Positions 1 through 15,682 of a DNA stretch of 64,000 nt are shown here, one piece after another. The first letter of the stretch is position 1; every line of letters begins with the position of its first letter. The notes below the pieces were generated by a model. That model did not search any database and had not been told where the DNA came from. It was given only the letters and a program-made list of their open reading frames with translations. The translations under genes were made by a program, and so were the position numbers. Location of the stretch: assembly GCF_009914755.1 (NCBI RefSeq), contig NC_060947.1. One strand, 5' to 3'. Origin of the DNA: the human T2T-CHM13v2.0 reference genome, Homo sapiens.

Positions 1-540
1 TTGGTTACATGAATAAGTTCTTTATTGTTGATTTCTGAGAATTTGGTGCACCCATCACCCAAACAGTGTACACTGTACCCAATGTGTAGCCTTTTACCCC
101 TCACCACCCTCTACCCTTTTTCCCAAGTCCCTGAAGTCCAGTGTATTATTCTTATGCCTTTGCGTCCTCATAGCTTAGCTCCCACATATGAGTGAGAACA
201 TAAAATATTTGGTTTTTCATTCCTGAGTTGCTTCACTTGGAATAATAGTCTCCAATTCAATGCAGGTTGCTGCGAATGCCATTATTTCATTCCTTTATAT
301 TGCTGAGTAGTATTCCATGGTATATATATACCACATTTTCTTTATCCACTCATTGATTGGTGGGCATTTGGGCTGGTTCCATATTTTTGCACCTGCAAAT
401 TGTGCTGCTATAAACGTGTGTGCAAGTATCTTTTTCGTATAATGCCTTCTTTTTCTCTGGGTAGATACCTAGGAGTGGGATTGCTGGATCAAACGGTCAA
501 TCTTCTTTTAGTTCTTTAAGGAATCTCCCCACTGTTTTTC
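1..540 (-). mobile_element. L1PB-type LINE-1 3' fragment (3'UTR and ORF2 end; runs off the window start)
   Basis: Reverse complement of the L1PB 3'UTR motif (gtacagtgtacactg...gggtgatgggtgcacc...agaacttattcatgtaacc), also seen at 20950 and 37860. Confidence 0.85.
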
Positions 541-1015
541 AGTTTTTAGCATCCCACCTATCTTTCTTAGCTTTCCTCAGTTTCATATTAACTTCTATGC
601 ACTATTGTATCATTTCTCTTCTTTCTCTTTGTTCTTGCACCTGTTAAGGTGGACAGCTGGTGAATTGCCCTTCACATTGGTGGATGTATTTTTAGACCAC
701 TGGGAAAAAGTTAGAAGATAGTGTGGATCTGGCTCAGGTTCTATGGGTAAAAGGGTCAAGGCTCACAGGCCTCAGGTCAGCACTTTCTGGATGGCTGAAA
801 ACAATTATGCTTTAAAATTCTAAACTATAAAGGCTTTCAGAGCTAATGTTTTGATTTTCTAATGATGTACAGAAAATGGTAAGAGACTCTACCATGATAG
901 GAAAATACATTTCTAATTCAGAGGAGATTACCAAAGAGAGAAAAATATCTACCAAATGGAAAAAGTGATTTGGACAGTATTTAGTCAAGTCTATGGTAGA
1001 ATGACTTTATAATTA

Positions 1016-1059
1016 TTAATGGCAAAAACCGCAATTACTTTTGCACCAGCCCAACCTAA
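1016..1059. mobile_element. Half MADE1 (Hsmar1 mariner MITE), one terminal inverted repeat
   Basis: ttaatggcaaaaaccgcaattacttttgcacc[agcc]caacctaa matches the Hsmar1/MADE1 TIR, with a few extra bases. Confidence 0.8.
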
Positions 1060-2225
1060 ATATTTTTATTGATTTTACTTTTTTTTTTTTTTTACTTTTT
1101 TCTGGTACGTAGTAGGTATACATATATGGAGCACATGAGATGTTTTGATACAGGTATACAATGCATAATAATCACATTAGAATACATGGGGTATCTGTGA
1201 TCTCAAGCATTCATTCATTCTTTGTGTTATAAACCATCTAATTATATTTTTAGTTATTTTAAAATATAAACTGTTGTTGACTGTAGCCACCTTGTTGTGC
1301 TATCCAATACTAGATGTTACTCATTTTATCTAATTATAATTTTGCATGCATTAATCATCCCTAACCTTACCCTCCAACCACTATCTTTCTCAGCCTTTGG
1401 TAACCATCATTCTACTCTTGATCTACATGAGTTCAATTGTTTTAATTTTTAGCACTCAGTAATATGTGAGAACATGCATAGTTTGTCTTTTGGTACCTGG
1501 CTTTTTTCACTTAACATAATGACCTCCAATTCCAGCCATATTGTTGCAGATGATAAGATCTCATTCATTTTTATGGCTGAATATTATTCCATTGTGTATA
1601 TGAAACACATTTTTAAAAATCTATTCATCTGTTGATGGACACTTAGGTTGCTTCCACATTTTGGCTATTGTGAATAGTGTTGCAATAAACACAGGAGTGC
1701 AGCTATCTTTTCAATATACTGATTTCCTTTCTTTGGTCTATATACCTAGCAGTGACATTGCTGGATCATGTGGTTGCTCTATTTTTTTTTTTTTTTTTTT
1801 TGAGAAGCCTTCAAACTATTATTCATAGCGGTTTTACTAATTTACATTCTCACTAACAGTGTACAACGTTTCCCTTTCCTCCATATTGTTGCTGGTATTT
1901 GTTATTGCCTGTCTTTTGAATATAGGCCATTTTAACTGGGGTGAGATTATGTCTTATTACAGTTTGGATTTGCATTTCTTTGATGATCAATGATATTCAG
2001 CACCTTTTCATATGCCTGTTTGCCATTTGCATGTCTTCTTGTGAGAAATGTCAGTTACATTTATTCTTAGGTATCTTATTTTATTTGTAGCTATGGTAAA
2101 TGAAATTATTTCTTGGTTTCTTTTTTAGATTGTTGTTGGCATGTAGAAATACTACTGATTTTTGTATATTGATTTCATATGCTGCAGTGTTGCTGAATTT
2201 TTATATTAGTTCTAAAGTCTTTAAG

Positions 2226-5801
<3,576 letters not shown>

Positions 5802-6193
5802 TCAGTACCATTTTGAATAACAGTGGTGTTAAGTGGGAATCTTTGTCATGTTTTAGATCTTAGATAAAAGGCTTGCAGTTTTTCCTCAGTATGATAGTAG
5901 CTGTGGGTCAGTGGTATATGGCTTTTATTTTATTGAGGTATGTTTATTCTGTACCCAGTTTTTTGGTAGGTTTATTTAGGAGGATGTTGAATATTATCAA
6001 ATGCTTTATCAGCATCAGTTGAATTTATCATATGATTTTTGTCCTTCATTCTTTTGATACGATGGATTACATTGGCTGACTTGCATATGTTGAACTATTC
6101 CTCCCTCCCTAGGATAAATCCCACTTGGTCATGATGAATGATATTTTTATGTTGTTTAATTTGTTTTGCTAATATTTTATTGGGGATTTTCCC

Positions 6194-6229
<36 letters not shown>
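6194..6229 (+). repeat. (AGAT)9 tetranucleotide microsatellite at the Alu tail position
   Basis: Perfect repeat read directly. Confidence 0.95.
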
Positions 6230-6230
6230 T

Positions 6231-6495
6231 GTTTTTGAGATGGAGTCTCGCTCTATTGCTGGGCTGGAGTGCAGTGGCACAATCTCGACTAGTTTCAAGC
6301 GATTTTCCTGCCTCAGCCTCCTGAGTAGTTGGGACTACAGGTGCGTGCCACCACCCCCAGCTAATTTTTGTATTTTTAGTAGAGACAAGGTTTCACCATG
6401 TTGGCCAGGATGGTGTCGAGCTCTTGACCTCGTGATCCACTCGCCTCAGCCTCCCAATGTGCTGGGATTATAGTTGTGAGCCACCACCCCTAGCC
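6231..6495 (-). mobile_element. AluS (AluSc-like) with a ~20-nt internal deletion
   Basis: gagatggagtctcgct...gacctcgtgatcc...gagccaccacccctagcc. Confidence 0.9.
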
Positions 6496-7230
6496 TTTTG
6501 CATCAATATTAATCAGTGATATTGGCCTGAAGGTTTTTTTTTTTTTTTCTTTTAATGTGTCTTTATCTGGTTTTGTTATCAGGGTAGTTCTGGCCTCATA
6601 GAATGAGTATGGAAGTCTTCCTTCCTCCTCAATTTTTTGGAATAGTTTAAGGAGGGTTGACATTAGTTCTTTAAATGTTTGGTGAGATTCAGCAGTGAAG
6701 CCAATTTGCTGGAAGATGTTTTATCTTGTCTTCGATCTCATTACTTGTTAGTCTGTTCAGTTTTGAATTTTTTCATGGTTCAATCTTAGTTGGTTGTATG
6801 TGTCTAGGAATTTATCCCTTGCTTCTAAATTTTCCAATTTATTGGCACATAGTTGCTCATTGTAGCCTCTAATAATCCTTTTACTTTCTGAAGTATTGGT
6901 TGTAATGTTTCCTTTTTATCTCTAATTTTATTTATTTGGGTTTTCTCTCTTTTTTCTTATTCTAGCTAAAGGTATGTCAATTTTGTCTTTTCAGAAAACC
7001 AACTTTTCCTGTCATCGATCTTTTGTGTTGTTGATTTTTTTATCTTAATTTCATTTATTTCTGCTCTGATTTTTATTATTTCTTCTACTAATTTGTGGTT
7101 TCAATTGTTCTTGCTTTTCTAGTTTTTTAAGATGAATCATTAAGTGGTTTATTTGAAATTTTTCTACTTTTTGGTGTAGGAATTTTTACCTATAAGTTTT
7201 CCTCTTAGTGTTGCTTTCTCTATATCTCAT

Positions 7231-7603
7231 TGTATTAGTCTGTTCTCACATTGCTGTAGATAAATACCTGAGAATGGGAAATTTATAAAGAAAAGAAGTT
7301 TAATTGGCTCATGGCTCCACAGGGTGTACAAGAACCATAGTGGCTTCTGCTTCTGAGGCAGCCTCAGGGAGCTTTCAATCATGGCAGAAGGCAAATGGGG
7401 AGCCAACACTTCATGTGGCTGGAGCAAGAGGAAGAAGGGTGGAGTTGTCACATACTTTTAAACAACCAGATATCACGAGAGCAGTGGCACGGGGGTAATG
7501 CAGCCCCATGATCCTATCAACTCCCACCAGGCCCCAACCTCCAACACTGGGAATTACAATTTGACATGAGATTTGGGCAGAGACAGAGATCCAAATCATA
7601 TCA
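7231..7603 (-). mobile_element. MaLR solo LTR (MSTA/MSTB type)
   Basis: Termini tgtattagtc...ccaaatcatatca; 5-bp TSD ctcat/cccat. Confidence 0.88.
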
Positions 7604-7667
7604 CCCATGGATTTTGATGTGTCACATTTCCCTTATAATTTGTTTCAAAAAATTTAATTATCTTCTT

Positions 7668-7842
7668 TGGGGTGGGGGGAGGGGGGAGGGATAGCATTAG
7701 GAGATATACCTAATGCTAAGTGATGAGTTAATGGGTGCAGCACTCCAGCATGGCACATGTATACATATGTAACTAACCTGCACATTGTGCACATGTACCC
7801 TAAAACTTAAAGTATAATAATAATAAAATAAAAAAATAAAAA
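7668..7842 (+). mobile_element. Very short 5'-truncated L1PA (L1PA4-like) 3' end with A-tail
   Basis: G-rich tract, gatagcattaggagatatacctaatg...accctaaaacttaaagtataataa, then an A-rich tail. Confidence 0.9.
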
Positions 7843-8996
7843 TTTATTTATTGACTCACTGATCATTCAGGGAAATATTTTGCTTAATTTCTGTGTCTGC
7901 ATAGTTTCCAAACTCTTCTAGTAATTGATTTCTAGTTTTATTCCTTTGTGGTCACATAAGATAGTTGATGTAATTTTAAATTTTGTGAATGTTTTAAGAC
8001 TTGGTTTTGACCTAATATATGGTCTATCCTTAAGAATTATCCATGTGCTGAGGACAATCATGTCTATTCTGCAGCCTTTGAATGAAATGTTCTGTAAATA
8101 TTTGTTAGGTCTTTTTAGTCGATAGTGCAGATTAACTACAATGTTCGTTGATTTTCTGTCTGAATGATCTGTCCAGTGCTGAACTTCGGTTGTTGAAGTC
8201 TCCAGTTATTATTGTATTGTTGCCTGTCACTTTAGCCCTAATAATTTATTGCTTTATATATCTGGGTACTCCAGTGTTGGATGCATATATATTTAAAATT
8301 GTGATATCTTCTTCCTCAACGAATCCTTCATCATTATATAGTGACCGTCTTTATCTTTTTTGTAGTTTTTGTCTTGAAATTTATTTTATCTTCAATAATT
8401 GTAGCTACTCTTGCTCTTTTTTTGTTTCTATTTGTATGGAATATCTTTTTCCTTTATTTTCAGTCTAGTGTGCCTTTAAAGATGCAGTGTATTTGTTGTA
8501 GTGAACAGATCATTGGGTCTTTTTTTTTTTAATGCATTCAGCCACTCTGTCTTTTTAATGGAGAGTTTAATCAAGTTCCATTTGATGTTATTATTGATGA
8601 GTAAGGGTTTACTTCTGCTATTTTGTTATTTGTTTTCTGGTTGATTTGTGGTCTTCTTTCTTTTCTTTCTTCCTACCTGTCTCCTTTTCAGTGGAGGTGA
8701 TTTTCTGTGGTGTTATGCTTTAATTTCTTACTTTTTACATTTTGCATATCTTTGTGGGTTTTTTGATTTGAGGTAACCATGAAGCTTGCAAATACCTGTA
8801 ACCCATTATTTTAAATTGATGACAAATTGGCACTGATTGTATAAACCAACAAACAAGCGAAGAGAACACTAATAAAAACTCTACACTTTAACTTCATACC
8901 CTGCTTTTTAACTTTTTGTTGTTTCTATGTATATCTTATTGTACTATCTATGTATATCTTATTGTACTATCTATGTCTTGAAAAGATATTGTATTT

Positions 8997-9593
8997 TGTT
9001 AGGATTCCATCAGGCTGGTGGAAAAAATATTAAAGATAGTTATAGTAATAGTCAAAAGCTCTCTTGGAATGCCTGAGAGTTTGCATAGCTTCAGATTGCT
9101 TGGCTGAAAGCAGCCAGGGTCTGTTTGCAGGAGCCAGAAAGATTAGGTTGCAAGTACAAAGGAATGTGGGAAGTCTACCTTACTAACATGTTTACTTATA
9201 TGGGCTTAAGACTAACACCTTTGTCCTACTGAGTTACTTTACTGCCTCCTACTCAGGGAGTTGGCAGAAGTTTATTGCCCCCAAATGCTGTTTGCTTTAG
9301 GCCTGGAACCTGGCCTTTAATCTTTACTCTCTAGTGGTGTTTACTCACAACTTTTGTTAATTAGTCTTACTGAATAAATGCAAGCCTCACTTTTTGATGA
9401 GGGCCAAGTCGAACTGTTTACAGAACTCAGCTTGGAGCCTGTAAGTGGCTCAGACCCTCAGCTAGACTGGCAGAGCAGAATATCTGTGTGTCAGCGGACT
9501 TTACTCATCCGTCGCTGAATCAAGGGCCTGCAGGAACAGCCCCTTCCCCCCACCCCCCGCAGCTAGTGCCCCCTCGAAAGGTGCGCTGCCTCA
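8997..9593 (+). mobile_element. LTR22-family 5' LTR of HERV-K(HML-5)
   Basis: Starts TGTTAGGATTCCATCAGGCTGGTGGAAAAAATATTAAAGATAG; AATAAA near 9374; followed by a PBS and gag. The exact 3' boundary (9561 or 9593) is ambiguous. Confidence 0.8.
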
Positions 9594-9595
9594 GC

Positions 9596-9613
9596 TGGTG
9601 CCCCATGTGAGGA
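9596..9613 (+). promoter_or_regulatory. Retroviral primer-binding site complementary to elongator tRNA-Met
   Basis: TGGTGCCCCATGTGAGGA versus the recalled tRNA-Met 3' complement TGGTGCCCCGTGTGAGGA; HML-5 is known to use Met/Ile PBS. Confidence 0.8.
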
Positions 9614-9862
9614 CAGCCAGGGGTCTGCAGAAACAGTCCCCCTGCAGTTGGAGCCCCTCGTGAGGCAAGCTGGGAAGGAAGTGTGAGGACCGCCCTCATG
9701 AGGAAAGCTATGAAGGAAGCGTGAAGGAAATGCGACTCCCCAAAAAATGAGGGTGAAAAAAGGAACTGCGGGGTCAAGTCAGTGAGTAATCAGTAAGTCA
9801 TTGGTGCCCACTCGAGGTTACCAAATTCCGGGGGGGATTTTGGGTCAAGCTGAGGTTTTATC

Positions 9863-10340
9863 ATGGGACAACAGTTATTAGCGCAACAGAAACAGTATAT
9901 AAAAGTGTTGAAGCAGTTGCTTAAGGCTAGCAGAGCATCAGTTTCACAGGCTCAATTATAATGCCAGCTGTTGTAACCCAAAGCCCATGGTTCCCAGAAG
10001 AAGGACCACCAGACGTAGAACTCTGGGACCAATGGGGAGAAATCTTAAACAACATCAGGCACAAAGGCAACAGGTCCCAGTAACAGCTTTAATGTTATGG
10101 GCTTTAATTGGAGCAGCCCTAGCTCCGTTACACACACAAGAGCCTAAAAAGGGAGATGAGGAGAAAATGTCACCTGCCATATCACCTCCTCTTCCCTCAG
10201 CCCTAATATCACCAGGCCAAAATAACAAAGAGGAAACGGAGGTTTTACCGGAGCCTCCTCCTCCAATAGACAGGAAAAAAGACAGAGGATATGCTACAAC
10301 TATCAGTCCCTGTCTTAAGCAGGCTGAATTAAAAGGATAG
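9863..10340 (+). pseudogene. gag: HML-5 gag N-terminus (matrix), frameshifted
   Basis: MGQQLLAQQKQYIKVLKQLLKAS, then the betaretroviral PWFPEEG motif, ALMLWALIGAALAPL and a Pro-rich PEPPPP segment. Confidence 0.8.
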
Positions 10341-11059
10341 CTCTTAGCCTGCCCAGTAATGCAAGAATGGCAAAGCGATCAGGTACCTAAAGGGTTAAGA
10401 AAAGGCATTAGAAGCCAAAGCCAAGGCAGAGCAAGCAGTAAGTAAAAAAGAAAGGCTTGGCAGCAGGGAATTTCACAGAAATGGAGCCAGCAAGTGCCCC
10501 CAGGAACTCCACCCACAGGGCAGCAGCTGCAACAAAGAGCCTACTGGGGAAAGGCAAAAGGCGCGAGACAAAGTCCACCCCAGCAGAGGCGTGCACTACA
10601 GCGTCCGCCCTGGCCGGCAACAGCCACCTGGCGGCTGGGGGAGGGAGCCAGCACAGGCAAAAAATGGCACAGGAAAAAAGCTGCGCCTTTACAAACCTAA
10701 AGCAGCCGCCGCCCAGGGACCCGCCTGCTCAGCTCTCTAGCTCTGCAGGCAACCCAAGGCAAAATCTCCTGTGCTCCTTGTTTACAAGCGACATCCCAGA
10801 TTATAAATATCTGCTAAAATTTAAGTAAAATGTAAGAATTTGAAAGACCTCTTTCTAATAATGGCCACTGTTGTTATCTGTCTCCAAATTCAATTTAAGT
10901 AAAACAACCTCTAAAGGGAGAGACATTACAAAAGGCCAATGAGTTAATTAAGGACTAATTAAAAGCAAACTTTGCTCCCCAGTGAGAAAAGTTTCCTAAT
11001 TACAGGGTTATTCATTTTATGGGTGATATTCTACTAACAGCCCTTGGAATTTACCTATT

Positions 11060-11640
11060 TATGTCATTCCCCAAAAGTCTAGTAAATGTTTTACCTACAA
11101 AAATAGTTTACTCTCCCATACCTAATGTGTTAACACTGTTTACTGATGGGTCTGGTAAACATGGAAAAGCCGCAGTCTGGTGGAGACCACACAATTCAAT
11201 CACTCGATCTAGGTTTACTAGCACTCAGAGAGCTGAAACTGGGGCTCTGATTCTGGTCTTGGGAACTTTTTCCACTCAGCCCATAAATATGGCTAGTGAC
11301 TCTGCATATTCTGTTTATTTACTACAAAACCTTGAGACAGCACTGATTTAGTCCAGTCTGGAGCCAGCCCTGTTCACTCTTTTTCTCCAACTTCAGCAAT
11401 TGCTAGATCAACGTACACATCCGTTTTTATTACACACATTCGATCCCGCAGCTCTCTGCCTGGACATTGGCTTATGGCAATGATTAAGCCGACCTTCAGG
11501 TTATGACATCACTGCTAGACCAAGCCACCCAATCGCATCAATTTTTCCACCAAAATTGGAGAAACTTATCTAAATAATTTCAACTTACCAAGAGGCTGGC
11601 AAAACAAATTATCCTACGATGCCCAGATTGCCAGCTCACA
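11060..11640 (+). pseudogene. pol: HML-5 pol remnant: RNase H plus integrase HHCC zinc finger, abruptly truncated
   Basis: LFTDGSG...QRAE...SDSAY RNase H motifs; SHQFFHQN...RCPDCQL at 11521-11637. Confidence 0.85.
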
Positions 11641-12257
11641 TTATTATTTTTTATTGGATTATCTGACTTCCGACTCAAGACATGAATAGTTTACACATTA
11701 TATTTACAGTTTTATAGCATTCTGTGTTTTTCTGTGTACTTACTATTATCAACAAGTTTTTGTACCTTCAGATGATATCTTTATTGCTGATTAACATCAT
11801 TTTCCTTCAGATTGAAGAATTCCCTTTAATATTTCTTGTAGGATAGGTCCAGTGTTGATGAAATTCCTCAACGTTTTTGAGTGTGGGAAAGTCTCCATTT
11901 CTTCTTCTTGTTTGAAGAATATTTTTGGTGCATATACTATTCTGAGATAAAAGTTTTTTTCGACAGATTTTTAAATATATCATGCCACTGTCTCCTGGCC
12001 TTTAAGGTTTCTACTGAAAAGTCTGTTGCCAGATGTGCTTTTGGGATCCTTTCTTTATGTTTGACCTCCATGAGTTTGAAAATCAAATGTCTTGAGGTTG
12101 TCTTCTTTGGATTAAATTTGCTTGCTGTTCTATAACCTTCTGGAACTTGGATATTGATTTCTTTCTCTAGGTTTGGGAAGTTCTCTGTTATTATCCCTTT
12201 TAATAAAGTTTCTACACCAATCTCTCTCTCTGCCTCCTCTTCAAGACCAATAACTTT

Positions 12258-12517
12258 GTTTTTTCTTTTTGAGACAGTTTCACTCTGTTGCCCACACTGG
12301 AGTGCGATGGCATGATCTCAGCTCACTACAAGATCAGCCATCCAGGTTCAAACGATTCTTATGCCTCAGCCTCCTGAGTATCTGAGATTACAAGCATGCA
12401 TCGTCACCTCACCCAGATAATTTTTGTATTTTTAGTAGAGATGCGGTTTGGCCATGTTGACCAGGCTGGTCTCAAACTTTTGGCCTCATGTCATCTGCCC
12501 ACGTTGGCCCCCCAAAG
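12258..12517 (-). mobile_element. 5'-truncated Alu (AluJb/Sz-like)
   Basis: Alu body; perfect 15-bp TSD aagaccaataacttt at 12243-12257 and 12520-12534. Confidence 0.9.
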
Positions 12518-12859
12518 ATAAGACCAATAACTTTTAGATTTGCCCTTAAAAGGCTATTTTCTAGATCTCGTAGGCATACTTAATTGTTTTTTATTATTTT
12601 TTTTTCTTGTGTCTCCTCTGACTGTGTATTTTCAAGTAGACTGTCTTCAAGTTCAGTAATTCTTTCTTCTGCTTGATCAGTTCTGCTGTTAAGAGACTAT
12701 GATGCATTCTTCAGTATTTCAACTGCATTTTTCTTCTACAGAATTTCTCTTTGATTCTTTTAAATATTTCAATCTCTTCATTAAATTTATCTGATAGAAT
12801 TCTGAATTCCTTTTCTGTGTTATCTTGAATTTCATTGAGTTTCCTCAAGGCAGCTATTT

Positions 12860-15026
<2,167 letters not shown>

Positions 15027-15060
15027 AAACAGCTATTTTGAATTCTCTGTCTGAAAGATC

Positions 15061-15062
<2 letters not shown>

Positions 15063-15105
<43 letters not shown>
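15063..15105 (+). repeat. (CT)21 microsatellite
   Basis: Read directly. Confidence 0.95.
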
Positions 15106-15107
<2 letters not shown>

Positions 15108-15147
15108 GGATTGGTCCCTGGTGCCTTAGTTTGTTTGTTAAGGTCCT

Positions 15148-15682
15148 TGATATGGTTTAGCTCTGTCCCCGCCACAAATCTCATCTTGAATTGTAGTTCC
15201 CATAATCTCCACATGTTGTGGGAGGGGTCCAGTGACAGGTAATTGAATCATAGGGTTGGTTTTCTCCATGCTGTTCTCGTGACATCAAGTTCTCAGGAGA
15301 TCTGATGCTTTCATAAGGGGCTTCTCCCTTCGCTCAGCTCTTATTCTTCTCCTTTTGCTGCCCTGTGAAGAGGTGCCTTCCACCATGATTGCAAGTTTCC
15401 TGAGGCCTCCTTAGCCATGCAGAACTCTGAGTCAATTAAACCTCTTTCCTTTATAAATTACTTTATAATATAATATATATTATATGTAATATATATATTA
15501 CATATAATATATGTAATATATATATTTTATATAATATATATTATATGTAATATATATATTTTATATAATATGAAATATATATTATATATAATATATATTA
15601 TATGTAATATATATTATATATAATATATAATATTACAGTCTTGGGTATGACTTTATTAACAGTGTGAAAACAGACGAATATA
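15148..15682 (+). mobile_element. THE1 (C/D-like) MaLR solo LTR with an internal AT-rich expansion (15462-15635)
   Basis: tgatatggtttagctctgtcccc...cagacgaatata; 5-bp TSD gtcct/gtctt. Confidence 0.88.

Noticed and set aside
1-540. L1PB 3' piece nearly complementary to the 3'-less L1PB at 62137
   Set aside because: They are 61 kb apart with much older elements (MIR, L2, L1MA) between, overlap by ~50 nt and differ in sequence, so they are separate insertions.
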